A DNA stretch of 64,000 bases from Squalus acanthias (lineage: Eukaryota): contig CM059438.1 of assembly GCA_030390025.1 (NCBI GenBank), positions 59,708,001 to 59,772,000 on the forward strand, written 5' to 3'. Position numbers and translations under genes: made by a program. Below are positions 27,701 through 45,700 of the stretch, piece by piece. Under the pieces are notes generated by a model, which saw only the letters and a program-made list of their open reading frames with translations, made no database searches and had not been told where the DNA came from. Each line of letters begins with the position of its first letter. Position 1 is the stretch's first letter.

Positions 27701-30700
27701 TGGGGATTACTCAGAAGATACTGACTGGGGAATACACACAGATACTGACTGGGGAATACACACAGATACTGACTGGGGAAACACAAAGATACTGACTGGG
27801 GAATACAAACAGATACTGACTGGGGAATACACACAGATACTGACTGGGGAATACACACAGATACTGACTGGGGAATACACACAGATACTGACTGGGGAAT
27901 ACACACAGATACTGACTGGGGAATACACATAGATACTGACTGGGGAATACACACAGATACTGACTGGGGATACACACAGATACTGACTGGGGAATACACA
28001 GAGATACTGACTGGGAAATACCCACTGATACTGACTGGGGAATACACACAGATACTGACTGGGGAATACACACAGATACTGACTGGGGAATACAAACAGA
28101 TACTGACTTGGGAATACACACAGATACTGACTGGGGAATACACACAGATACTGACTGGGGAATACACACAGATACTGACTGGGGAATACACACAGATACT
28201 GACTGGGGAATACAGATAGATACTGACAGGGGAATACACACAGATACTGACTGGGGAATACACTCAGATACCTGACTGGGGAATACACACAGATACTGAC
28301 TGGGAATACACATAGATACTGACTGGGGAATACACACAGATACTGACTGGGAATACACACAGATACTGACTGGGGAATACAGATAGATACTGACTGGAGA
28401 ATACAACAGATACTGAACTGGGGAATACACACAGATACTGACTGGGGAATACACACAGATACGACCTGGGATTCACCTGATACTGACTGGGGAATACACA
28501 CAGATACTGACTGGGGAATACAGCTAGATACTGACTGGGGAATACACACAGATACTGACTGGGGAATACACACAGATACTGACTGGGGAATACACACGGA
28601 TCCTGACTGGGGAATACAGACTAGATACTGACTGGGGATACACACAGATACTGACTGGAGGAATACACACAGATACTGACTGGGAATACACACAGATACT
28701 GACTGGGGAATACACACAGGACACTGACTGGGAATACACACAGATACTGACTGGGGAATACACAGATACTGACTGGGAATACCACAGATACTGACTGGGG
28801 AATACACACAGATACTGACTGGGGAATACACACAGATACTGACTGGGGAATACACACAGATACTGACTGGGGAATACACACAGATACTGACTGGGGAATA
28901 CACACAGATACTGACTGGGGAATACACACAGATACTGACTGGGAATACACACAGATACTGACTGGGGAATACACACAGATACTGACTGGGGAATACACAC
29001 AGATACTGACTGGGGAATACACACAGATACTGACTGGGGAATACACACAGATACTGACTGGGGAATACACACAGATACTGACTGGGGAATACACACAGAT
29101 ACTGACTGGGGAATACACACAGATACTGACTGGGGAATACACACAGATACTGACTGGGGAATACACACAGATACTGACTGGGGAATACACACAGATACTG
29201 ACTGGGGAATACACATAGATACTGACTGGGAATACACACAGATACTGACTGGGGAATACACACAGATACTGACTGGGGAATACACATAGATACTGACTGG
29301 GGAATACACACAGATACTGACTGGGGAATACACACAGATACTGACTGGGGAATACAACAGATACTGACTGGGAATACACACAGATACTGACTGGGAATAC
29401 ACACAGATACTGACTGGGGAATACACACAGATACTGACTGGGGAATACACACAGATACTGACTGGGAATACACACAGATACTGACTGGGGAATACACACA
29501 GATACTGACTGGGGAATACACACAGATACTGACTGGGGAATACACACAGATACTGACTGGGGAATACACACAGATACTGACTGGGGAATACACACAGATA
29601 CTGACTGGGAATACACACAGATACTGACTGGGGAATACACAAGATACTGACTGGGGAATACAGCACAGATACTGACTGGGGAATACACACAGATACTGAC
29701 TGGGGAATACACACAGATACTGACTGGGGAATACACACAGATACTGACTGGGGAATACACACAGATACTGACTGGGGAATACAGATAGATACTGACTGGG
29801 GAATACACACAGATACTGACTGGGGAATACACACAGATACTGACTGGGAATACACACAGATACTGACTGGGGAATACACACAGATACTGACTGGGGAATA
29901 CACACAGATACTGACTGGGGAATACACACAGATACTGACTGGGGAATACACACAGATACTGACTGGGGAATACACACAGATACTGACTGGGGAATACACA
30001 CAGATACTGACTGGGAATACAATAGATACTGACTGGGGAATACACACAGATACTGACTGGGGAATACACACAGATACTGACTGGGGAATACACACAGATA
30101 CTGACTGGGGAATACACACAGATACTGACTGGGGAATACACACAGATACTGACTGGGGAATACACACAGATACTGACTGGGGAATACACACAGATACTGA
30201 CTGGGGAATACACACAGATACTGACTGGGGAATACACACAGATACTGACTGGGGAATACACACAGATACTGACTGGGGAATACACACAGATACTGACTGG
30301 GGAATACACACAGATACTGACTGGGGAATACACACAGATACTGACTGGGTATAAACGCAGATACTGACTGGGGAATACACACAGATACTGACTGGGGAAT
30401 ACACACAGATACTGACTGGGGAATACACACAGATACTGACTGGGGAATACACACAGATACTGACTGGGGAATACACACAGATACTGACTGGGGAATACAC
30501 ACAGATACTGACTGGGGAATACACACAGATACTGACTGGGGAATACACACAGATACTGACTGGGGAATACACACAGATACTGACTGGGGAATACACACAG
30601 ATACTGACTGGGGAATACACACAGATACTGACTGGGGAATACACACAGATACTGACTGGGGAATACACACAGATACTGACTGGGGAATACACACAGATAC

Positions 30701-33700
30701 TGACTGGGGAATACACACAGATACTGACTGGGGAATACACACAGATACTGACTGGGGAATACACACAGATACTGACTGGGGAATACACACAGATACTGAC
30801 TGGGGAATACACACAGATACTGACTGGGGAATACACACAGATACTGACTGGGGAATACACACAGATACTGACTGGGAATACACACAGATACTGACTGGGG
30901 AATACACACAGATACTGACTGGGGAATACACACAGATACTGACTGGGGAATACACACAGATACTGACTGGGGAATACACACAGATACTGACTGGGGAATA
31001 CACACAGATACTGACTGGGGAATACACACAGATACTGACTGGGGAATACACACAGATACTGACTGGGGAATACACACAGATACTGACTGGGGAATACACA
31101 CAGATACTGACTGGGGAATACACACAGATACTGACTGGGGAATACACACAGATACTGACTGGGGAATACACACAGATACTGACTGGGGAATACACACAGA
31201 TACTGACTGGGGAATACACACAGATACTGACTGGGGAATACACACAGATACTGACTGGGGAATACACACAGATACTGACTGGGGAATACACACAGATACT
31301 GACTGGGGAATACACACAGATACTGACTGGGGAATACACACAGATACTGACTGGGGAATACACACAGATACTGACTGGGGAATACACACAGATACTGACT
31401 GGGGAATACACACAGATACTGACTGGGAATACACACAGATACTGACTGGGGAATACACACAGATACTGACTGGGGAATACACACAGATACTGACTGGGGA
31501 ATACACACAGATACTGACTGGGGAATACACACAGATACTGACTGGGGAATACACACAGATACTGACTGGGGAATACACACAGATACTGACTGGGGAATAC
31601 ACACAGATACTGACTGGGGAATACACACAGATACTGACTGGGGAATACACACAGATACTGACTGGGGAATACACACAGATACTGACTGGGGAATACACAC
31701 AGATACTGACTGGGGAATACACACAGATACTGACTGGGGAATACACACAGATACTGACTGGGGAATACACACAGATACTGACTGGGGAATACACACAGAT
31801 ACTGACTGGGGAATACACACAGATACTGACTGGGGAATACACACAGATACTGACTGGGGAATACACACAGATACTGACTGGGGAATACACACAGATACTG
31901 ACTGGGGAATACACACAGATACTGACTGGGGAATACACACAGATACTGACTGGGGAATACACACAGATACTGACTGGGGAATACACACAGATACTGACTG
32001 GGGAATACACACAGATACTGACTGGGGAATACACACAGATACTGACTGGGGAATACACACAGATACTGACTGGGGAATACACACAGATACTGACTGGGGA
32101 ATACACACAGATACTGACTGGGGAATACACACAGATACTGACTGGGGAATACACACAGATACTGACTGGGGAATACACACAGATACTGACTGGGGAATAC
32201 ACACAGATACTGACTGGGAATACACACAGATACTGACTGGGGAATACACACAGATACTGACTGGGGAATACACACAGATACTGACTGGGGAATACACACA
32301 GATACTGACTGGGGAATACACACAGATACTGACTGGGGAATACACACAGATACTGACTGGGGAATACACACAGATACTGACTGGGGAATACACACAGATA
32401 CTGACTGGGGAATACACACAGATACTGACTGGGGAATACACACAGATACTGACTGGGGAATACACACAGATACTGACTGGGGAATACACACAGATACTGA
32501 CTGGGGAATACACACAGATACTGACTGGGGAATACACACAGATACTGACTGGGGAATACACACAGATACTGACTGGGGAATACACACAGATACTGACTGG
32601 GGAATACACACAGATACTGACTGGGGAATACACACAGATACTGACTGGGGAATACACACAGATACTGACTGGGGAATACACACAGATACTGACTGGGGAA
32701 TACACACAGATACTGACTGGGGAATACACACAGATACTGACTGGGGAATACACACAGATACTGACTGGGAATACACACAGATACTGACTGGGGAATACAC
32801 ACAGATACTGACTGGGGAATACACACAGATACTGACTGGGGAATACACACAGATACTGACTGGGGAATACACACAGATACTGACTGGGGAATACACACAG
32901 ATACTGACTGGGGAATACACACAGATACTGACTGGGGAATACACACAGATACTGACTGGGGAATACACACAGATACTGACTGGGGAATACACACAGATAC
33001 TGACTGGGGAATACACACAGATACTGACTGGGGAATACACACAGATACTGACTGGGGAATACACACAGATACTGACTGGGGAATACACACAGATACTGAC
33101 TGGGGAATACACACAGATACTGACTGGGGAATACACACAGATACTGACTGGGGAATACACACAGATACTGACTGGGGAATACACACAGATACTGACTGGG
33201 GAATACACACAGATACTGACTGGGGAATACACACAGATACTGACTGGGGAATACACACAGATACTGACTGGGGAATACACACAGATACTGACTGGGGAAT
33301 ACACACAGATACTGACTGGGGAATACACACAGATACTGACTGGGGAATACACACAGATACTGACTGGGGAATACACACAGATACTGACTGGGGAATACAC
33401 ACAGATACTGACTGGGGAATACACACAGATACTGACTGGGGAATACACACAGATACTGACTGGGGAATACACACAGATACTGACTGGGGAATACACACAG
33501 ATACTGACTGGGGAATACACACAGATACTGACTGGGGAATACACACAGATACTGACTGGGGAATACACACAGATACTGACTGGGGAATACACACAGATAC
33601 TGACTGGGGAATACACACAGATACTGACTGGGGAATACACACAGATACTGACTGGGGAATACACACAGATACTGACTGGGGAATACACACAGATACTGAC

Positions 33701-36700
33701 TGGGGAATACACACAGATACTGACTGGGGAATACACACAGATACTGACTGGGGAATACACACAGATACTGACTGGGGAATACACACAGATACTGACTGGG
33801 GAATACACACAGATACTGACTGGGGAATACACACAGATACTGACTGGGGAATACACACAGATACTGACTGGGGAATACACACAGATACTGACTGGGGAAT
33901 ACACACAGATACTGACTGGGGAATACACACAGATACTGACTGGGGAATACACACAGATACTGACTGGGGAATACACACAGATACTGACTGGGGAATACAC
34001 ACAGATACTGACTGGGGAATACACACAGATACTGACTGGGGAATACACACAGATACTGACTGGGGAATACACACAGATACTGACTGGGGAATACACACAG
34101 ATACTGACTGGGGAATACACACAGATACTGACTGGGGAATACACACAGATACTGACTGGGGAATACACACAGATACTGACTGGGGAATACACACAGATAC
34201 TGACTGGGGAATACACACAGATACTGACTGGGGAATACACACAGATACTGACTGGGGAATACACACAGATACTGACTGGGGAATACACACAGATACTGAC
34301 TGGGGAATACACACAGATACTGACTGGGGAATACACACAGATACTGACTGGGGAATACACACAGATACTGACTGGGGAATACACACAGATACTGACTGGG
34401 GAATACACACAGATACTGACTGGGGAATACACACAGATACTGACTGGGGAATACACACAGATACTGACTGGGGAATACACACAGATACTGACTGGGGAAT
34501 ACACACAGATACTGACTGGGGAATACACACAGATACTGACTGGGGAATACACACAGATACTGACTGGGGAATACACACAGATACTGACTGGGGAATACAC
34601 ACAGATACTGACTGGGGAATACACACAGATACTGACTGGGGAATACACACAGATACTGACTGGGGAATACACACAGATACTGACTGGGGAATACACACAG
34701 ATACTGACTGGGGAATACACACAGATACTGACTGGGGAATACACACAGATACTGACTGGGGAATACACACAGATACTGACTGGGGAATACACACAGATAC
34801 TGACTGGGGAATACACACAGATACTGACTGGGGAATACACACAGATACTGACTGGGGAATACACACAGATACTGACTGGGGAATACACACAGATACTGAC
34901 TGGGGAATACACACAGATACTGACTGGGGAATACACACAGATACTGACTGGGGAATACACACAGATACTGACTGGGGAATACACACAGATACTGACTGGG
35001 GAATACACACAGATACTGACTGGGGAATACACACAGATACTGACTGGGGAATACACACAGATACTGACTGGGGAATACACACAGATACTGACTGGGGAAT
35101 ACACACAGATACTGACTGGGGAATACACACAGATACTGACTGGGGAATACACACAGATACTGACTGGGGAATACACACAGATACTGACTGGGGAATACAC
35201 ACAGATACTGACTGGGGAATACACACAGATACTGACTGGGGAATACACACAGATACTGACTGGGGAATACACACAGATACTGACTGGGGAATACACACAG
35301 ATACTGACTGGGGAATACACACAGTACTGACTGGGGAATACACACAGATACTGACTGGGGAATACACACAGATACTGACTGGGGAATACACACAGATACT
35401 GACTGGGGAATACACACAGATACTGACTGGGGAATACACACAGATACTGACTGGGAATACACACAGATACTGACTGGGGAATACACACAGATACTGACTG
35501 GGAATACACACAGATACTGACTGGGGAATACACACAGATACTGACTGGGGAATACACACAGATACTGACTGGGGAATACACACAGATACTGACTGGGGAT
35601 ACAGCACAGATACTGACTGGGGAATACACATCGATACTGACTGGGAATACACACAGATACTGACTGGGGAATACACACAGATACTGACTGGGAATACACA
35701 CAGATACTGACTGGGGAATACACACAGATACTGACTGGGGAATACACACAGATACTGACTGGGGAATACACACAGATACTGACTGGGGAATACACACAGA
35801 TACTGACTGGGGAATACACACAGATACTGACTGGGGAATACACACAGATACTGACTGGGGAATACACACAGATACTGACTGGGGAATACACACAGATACT
35901 GACTGGGGAATACACACAGATACTGACTGGGGAATACACACAGATACTGACTGGGGAATACACACAGATACTGACTGGGGAATACACACAGATACTGACT
36001 GGGGAATACACACAGATACTGACTGGGGAATACACACAGATACTGACTGGGGAATACACACAGATACTGACTGGGGAATACACACAGATACTGACTGGGG
36101 AATACACACAGATACTGACTGGGGAATACACACAGATACTGACTGGGGAATACACACAGATACTGACTGGGGAATACACACAGATACTGACTGGGGAATA
36201 CACACAGATACTGACTGGGGAATACACACAGATACTGACTGGGGAATACACACAGATACTGACTGGGGAATACACACAGATACTGACTGGGGAATACACA
36301 CAGATACTGACTGGGGAATACACACAGATACTGACTGGGGAATACACACAGATACTGACTGGGGAATACACACAGATACTGACTGGGGAATACACACAGA
36401 TACTGACTGGGAATACACACAGATACTGACGGGGAATGCAGCATGATACTGACTGGGGAATCACACTAGACAACTGACTGGGAATACACACTGATACTGA
36501 CTTGGGAATACAGATAGATACTGACTGGGAAATACACACAGATACTGACTGGGGAATACACACAGATACTTGAAGGGGAATACAGCTAGATACTGACTGG
36601 GGAATACACACAGATACTGACTGGGAATACACACAGATAATGACTGGGAATACACCAGATACTGACTGGGGAATACACACAGATACAGACTGGGGAATAC

Positions 36701-39700
36701 AGCAGATACTGACTGGGGAATACACACAGATACTGACTGGGAATACAGCTCAGATACTGACCTGGGGGAATACACGCAGATACTGACTGGGGAATACACA
36801 CAGATACTGACTGGAATACAGCACAGATACTGACTGGGGAATACACATCAGATACTGACTGGGAATTCACAGATACTGACTGGGGAATACACACAGATAC
36901 TGACTGGGGAATACACACAGATACTGACTGGGGAATACACACAGATACTGACTGGGGAATACACACAGATACTGACTGGGGAATACACACAGATACTGAC
37001 TGGGGAATACACACAGATACTGACTGGGGAATACACACAGATACTGACTGGGGAATACACACAGATACTGACTGGGGAATACACACAGATACTGACTGGG
37101 GAATACACACAGATACTGACTGGGGAATACACACAGATACTGACTGGGGAATACACACAGATACTGACTGGGGAATACACACAGATACTGACTGGGGAAT
37201 ACACACAGATACTGACTGGGGAATACACACAGATACTGACTGGGGAATACACACAGATACTGACTGGGGAATACACACAGATACTGACTGGGGAATACAC
37301 ACAGATACTGACTGGGGAATACACACAGATACTGACTGGGGAATACACACAGATACTGACTGGGGAATACACACAGATACTGACTGGGGAATACACACAG
37401 ATACTGACTGGGGAATACACACAGATACTGACTGGGGAATACACACAGATACTGACTGGGGAATACACACAGATACTGACTGGGGAATACACACAGATAC
37501 TGACTGGGGAATACACACAGATACTGACTGGGGAATACACACAGATACTGACTGGGGAATACACACAGATACTGACTGGGGAATACACACAGATACTGAC
37601 TGGGGAATACACACAGATACTGACTGGGGAATACACACAGATACTGACTGGGGAATACACACAGATACTGACTGGGGAATACACACAGATACTGACTGGG
37701 GAATACACACAGATACTGACTGGGGAATACACACAGATACTGACTGGGGAATACACACAGATACTGACTGGGGAATACACACAGATACTGACTGGGGAAT
37801 ACACACAGATACTGACTGGGGAATACACACAGATACTGACTGGGGAATACACACAGATACTGACTGGGGAATACACACAGATACTGACTGGGGAATACAC
37901 ACAGATACTGACTGGGGAATACACACAGATACTGACTGGGGAATACACACAGATACTGACTGGGGAATACACACAGATACTGACTGGGGAATACACACAG
38001 ATACTGACTGGGGAATACACACAGATACTGACTGGGGAATACACACAGATACTGACTGGGGAATACACACAGATACTGACTGGGGAATACACACAGATAC
38101 TGACTGGGGAATACACACAGATACTGACTGGGGAATACACACAGATACTGACTGGGGAATACACACAGATACTGACTGGGGAATACACACAGATACTGAC
38201 TGGGGAATACACACAGATACTGACTGGGGAATACACACAGATACTGACTGGGGAATACACACAGATACTGACTGGGGAATACACACAGATACTGACTGGG
38301 GAATACACACAGATACTGACTGGGGAATACACACAGATACTGACTGGGGAATACACACAGATACTGACTGGGGAATACACACAGATACTGACTGGGGAAT
38401 ACACACAGATACTGACTGGGGAATACACACAGATACTGACTGGGGAATACACACAGATACTGACTGGGGAATACACACAGATACTGACTGGGGAATACAC
38501 ACAGATACTGACTGGGGAATACACACAGATACTGACTGGGGAATACACACAGATACTGACTGGGGAATACACACAGATACTGACTGGGGAATACACACAG
38601 ATACTGACTGGGGAATACACACAGATACTGACTGGGGAATACACACAGATACTGACTGGGGAATACACACAGATACTGACTGGGGAATACACACAGATAC
38701 TGACTGGGGAATACACACAGATACTGACTGGGGAATACACACAGATACTGACTGGGGAATACACACAGATACTGACTGGGGAATACACACAGATACTGAC
38801 TGGGGAATACACACAGATACTGACTGGGGAATACACACAGATACTGACTGGGGAATACACACAGATACTGACTGGGGAATACACACAGATACTGACTGGG
38901 GAATACACACAGATACTGACTGGGGAATACACACAGATACTGACTGGGGAATACACACAGATACTGACTGGGGAATACACACAGATACTGACTGGGGAAT
39001 ACACACAGATACTGACTGGGGAATACACACAGATACTGACTGGGGAATACACACAGATACTGACTGGGGAATACACACAGATACTGACTGGGGAATACAC
39101 ACAGATACTGACTGGGGAATACACACAGATACTGACTGGGGAATACACACAGATACTGACTGGGGAATACACACAGATACTGACTGGGGAATACACACAG
39201 ATACTGACTGGGGAATACACACAGATACTGACTGGGGAATACACACAGATACTGACTGGGGAATACACACAGATACTGACTGGGGAATACACACAGATAC
39301 TGACTGGGGAATACACACAGATACTGACTGGGGAATACACACAGATACTGACTGGGGAATACACACAGATACTGACTGGGGAATACACACAGATACTGAC
39401 TGGGGAATACACACAGATACTGACTGGGGAATACACACAGATACTGACTGGGGAATACACACAGATACTGACTGGGGAATACACACAGATACTGACTGGG
39501 GAATACACACAGATACTGACTGGGGAATACACACAGATACTGACTGGGGAATACACACAGATACTGACTGGGGAATACACACAGATACTGACTGGGGAAT
39601 ACACACAGATACTGACTGGGGAATACACACAGATACTGACTGGGGAATACACACAGATACTGACTGGGGAATACACACAGATACTGACTGGGGAATACAC

Positions 39701-42700
39701 ACAGATACTGACTGGGGAATACACACAGATACTGACTGGGGAATACACACAGATACTGACTGGGGAATACACACAGATACTGACTGGGGAATACACACAG
39801 ATACTGACTGGGGAATACACACAGATACTGACTGGGGAATACACACAGATACTGACTGGGGAATACACACAGATACTGACTGGGGAATACACACAGATAC
39901 TGACTGGGGAATACACACAGATACTGACTGGGGAATACACACAGATACTGACTGGGGAATACACACAGATACTGACTGGGGAATACACACAGATACTGAC
40001 TGGGGAATACACACAGATACTGACTGGGGAATACACACAGATACTGACTGGGGAATACACACAGATACTGACTGGGGAATACACACAGATACTGACTGGG
40101 GAATACACACAGATACTGACTGGGGAATACACACAGATACTGACTGGGGAATACACACAGATACTGACTGGGGAATACACACAGATACTGACTGGGGAAT
40201 ACACACAGATACTGACTGGGGAATACACACAGATACTGACTGGGGAATACACACAGATACTGACTGGGGAATACACACAGATACTGACTGGGGAATACAC
40301 ACAGATACTGACTGGGGAATACACACAGATACTGACTGGGGAATACACACAGATACTGACTGGGGAATACACACAGATACTGACTGGGGAATACACACAG
40401 ATACTGACTGGGGAATACACACAGATACTGACTGGGGAATACACACAGATACTGACTGGGGAATACACACAGATACTGACTGGGGAATACACACAGATAC
40501 TGACTGGGGAATACACACAGATACTGACTGGGGAATACACACAGATACTGACTGGGGAATACACACAGATACTGACTGGGGAATACACACAGATACTGAC
40601 TGGGGAATACACACAGATACTGACTGGGGAATACACACAGATACTGACTGGGGAATACACACAGATACTGACTGGGGAATACACACAGATACTGACTGGG
40701 GAATACACACAGATACTGACTGGGGAATACACACAGATACTGACTGGGGAATACACACAGATACTGACTGGGGAATACACACAGATACTGACTGGGGAAT
40801 ACACACAGATACTGACTGGGGAATACACACAGATACTGACTGGGGAATACACACAGATACTGACTGGGGAATACACACAGATACTGACTGGGGAATACAC
40901 ACAGATACTGACTGGGGAATACACACAGATACTGACTGGGGAATACACACAGATACTGACTGGGGAATACACACAGATACTGACTGGGGAATACACACAG
41001 ATACTGACTGGGGAATACACACAGATACTGACTGGGGAATACACACAGATACTGACTGGGGAATACACACAGATACTGACTGGGGAATACACACAGATAC
41101 TGACTGGGGAATACACACAGATACTGACTGGGGAATACACACAGATACTGACTGGGGAATACACACAGATACTGACTGGGGAATACACACAGATACTGAC
41201 TGGGAATACAGCACAGATACTGACTGGGGAATACACACAGATACTGACTGGGGAATACACACAGATACTGACTGGGGAATACACACTGATACAGACTGGG
41301 GAATACACTGCTGATTCTGACTGGGAATACACACAGATACTTCTGGGGAATAAAAAAAGATAATGACGGGGGAATACTCACTGATACTGACTGGGGAATA
41401 CACACAGATACTGACTGGGGAATACACACAGATACTGACTGGGGAATACACACAGATACTGACTGGGGAATACACACAGATACTGACTGGGGAATACACA
41501 CAGATACTGACTGGGGAATACACACAGATACTGACTGGGGAATACACACAGATACTGACTGGGGAATACACACAGATACTGACTGGGGAATACACACAGA
41601 TACTGACTGGGGAATACACACAGATACTGACTGGGGAATACACACAGATACTGACTGGGGAATACACACAGATACTGACTGGGGAATACACACAGATACT
41701 GACTGGGGAATACACACAGATACTGACTGGGGAATACACACAGATACTGACTGGGGAATACACACAGATACTGACTGGGGAATACACACAGATACTGACT
41801 GGGGAATACACACAGATACTGACTGGGGAATACACACAGATACTGACTGGGGAATACACACAGATACTGACTGGGGAATACACACAGATACTGACTGGGG
41901 AATACACACAGATACTGACTGGGGAATACACACAGATACTGACTGGGGAATACACACAGATACTGACTGGGGAATACACACAGATACTGACTGGGGAATA
42001 CACACAGATACTGACTGGGGAATACACACAGATACTGACTGGGGAATACACACAGATACTGACTGGGGAATACACACAGATACTGACTGGGGAATACACA
42101 CAGATACTGACTGGGGAATACACACAGATACTGACTGGGGAATACACACAGATACTGACTGGGGAATACACACAGATACTGACTGGGGAATACACACAGA
42201 TACTGACTGGGGAATACACACAGATACTGACTGGGGAATACACACAGATACTGACTGGGGAATACACACAGATACTGACTGGGGAATACACACAGATACT
42301 GACTGGGGAATACACACAGATACTGACTGGGGAATACACACAGATACTGACTGGGGAATACACACAGATACTGACTGGGGAATACACACAGATACTGACT
42401 GGGGAATACACACAGATACTGACTGGGGAATACACACAGATACTGACTGGGGAATACACACAGATACTGACTGGGGAATACACACAGATACTGACTGGGG
42501 AATACACACAGATACTGACTGGGGAATACACACAGATACTGACTGGGGAATACACACAGATACTGACTGGGGAATACACACAGATACTGACTGGGGAATA
42601 CACACAGATACTGACTGGGGAATACACACAGATACTGACTGGGGAATACACACAGATACTGACTGGGGAATACACACAGATACTGACTGGGGAATACACA

Positions 42701-45700
42701 CAGATACTGACTGGGGAATACACACAGATACTGACTGGGGAATACACACAGATACTGACTGGGGAATACACACAGATACTGACTGGGGAATACACACAGA
42801 TACTGACTGGGGAATACACACAGATACTGACTGGGGAATACACACAGATACTGACTGGGGAATACACACAGATACTGACTGGGGAATACACACAGATACT
42901 GACTGGGGAATACACACAGATACTGACTGGGGAATACACACAGATACTGACTGGGGAATACACACAGATACTGACTGGGGAATACACACAGATACTGACT
43001 GGGGAATACACACAGATACTGACTGGGGAATACACACAGATACTGACTGGGGAATACACACAGATACTGACTGGGGAATACACACAGATACTGACTGGGG
43101 AATACACACAGATACTGACTGGGGAATACACACAGATACTGACTGGGGAATTCAGATAGATACTGACTGGGGAATACACACAGATACTGACTGGGGCATA
43201 CACTCAGATACTGACTGGGGAATACACTCTGATACTGACTGGGGAATACACACAGATACTGACTGGGGAATACACACAGATACTGACTGGGGAATACACA
43301 CAGATACTGACTGGGGAATACAGATAATACTGACGGGGGATACCCATCAGATACTGACTGGGTAATACACACAGATACTGCACTGGGAATACACACAGAT
43401 ACTGACTGGGGAATACACACAGATACTGACTGGGGAATACACACAGATACTGACTGGGGAATACACACAGATACTGACTGGGGAATACACACAGATACTG
43501 ACTGGGGAATACACACAGATACTGACTGGGGAATACACACAGATACTGACTGGGGAATACACACAGATACTGACTGGGGAATACACACAGATACTGACTG
43601 GGGAATACACACAGATACTGACTGGGGAATACACACAGATACTGACTGGGGAATACACACAGATACTGACTGGGGAATACACACAGATACTGACTGGGGA
43701 ATACACACAGATACTGACTGGGGAATACACACAGATACTGACTGGGGAATACACACAGATACTGACTGGGGAATACACACAGATACTGACTGGGGAATAC
43801 ACACAGATACTGACTGGGGAATACACACAGATACTGACTGGGGAATACACACAGATACTGACTGGGGAATACACACAGATACTGACTGGGGAATACACAC
43901 AGATACTGACTGGGGAATACACACAGATACTGACTGGGGAATACACACAGATACTGACTGGGGAATACACACAGATACTGACTGGGGAATACACACAGAT
44001 ACTGACTGGGGAATACACACAGATACTGACTGGGGAATACACACAGATACTGACTGGGGAATACACACAGATACTGACTGGGGAATACACACAGATACTG
44101 ACTGGGGAATACACACAGATACTGACTGGGGAATACACACAGATACTGACTGGGGAATACACACAGATACTGACTGGGGAATACACACAGATACTGACTG
44201 GGGAATACACACAGATACTGACTGGGGAATACACACAGATACTGACTGGGGAATACACACAGATACTGACTGGGGAATACACACAGATACTGACTGGGGA
44301 ATACACACAGATACTGACTGGGGAATACACACAGATACTGACTGGGGAATACACACAGATACTGACTGGGGAATACACACAGATACTGACTGGGGAATAC
44401 ACACAGATACTGACTGGGGAATACACACAGATACTGACTGGGGAATACACACAGATACTGACTGGGGAATACACACAGATACTGACTGGGGAATACACAC
44501 AGATACTGACTGGGGAATACACACAGATACTGACTGGGGAATACACACAGATACTGACTGGGGAATACACACAGATACTGACTGGGGAATACACACAGAT
44601 ACTGACTGGGGAATACACACAGATACTGACTGGGGAATACACACAGATACTGACTGGGGAATACACACAGATACTGACTGGGGAATACACACAGATACTG
44701 ACTGGGGAATACACACAGATACTGACTGGGGAATACACACAGATACTGACTGGGGAATACACACAGATACTGACTGGGGAATACACACAGATACTGACTG
44801 GGGAATACACACAGATACTGACTGGGGAATACACACAGATACTGACTGGGGAATACACACAGATACTGACTGGGGAATACACACAGATACTGACTGGGGA
44901 CTACACACAGATACTGACTGGGGAATAACACACAGATACTGACTGGGGAATACACACAGATACTGACTGGGGAATACACACAGATACTGACTGGGGAATA
45001 CACACAGATACTGACTGGGGAATACACACAGATACTGACTGGGGAATACACACAGATACTGACTGGGGAATACACACAGATACTGACTGGGGAATACACA
45101 CAGATACTGACTGGGGAATACACACAGATACTGACTGGGGAATACACACAGATACTGACTGGGGAATACACACAGATACTGACTGGGGAATACACACAGA
45201 TACTGACTGGGGAATACACACAGATACTGACTGGGGAATACACACAGATACTGACTGGGGAATACACACAGATACTGACTGGGGAATACACACAGATACT
45301 GACTGGGGAATACACACAGATACTGACTGGGGAATACACACAGATACTGACTGGGGAATACACACAGATACTGACTGGGGAATACACACAGATACTGACT
45401 GGGGAATACACACAGATACTGACTGGGGAATACACACAGATACTGACTGGGGAATACACACAGATACTGACTGGGGAATACACACAGATACTGACTGGGG
45501 AATACACACAGATACTGACTGGGGAATACACACAGATACTGACTGGGGAATACACACAGATACTGACTGGGGAATACACACAGATACTGACTGGGGAATA
45601 CACACAGATACTGACTGGGGAATACACACAGATACTGACTGGGGAATACACACAGATACTGACTGGGGAATACACACAGATACTGACTGGGGAATACACA

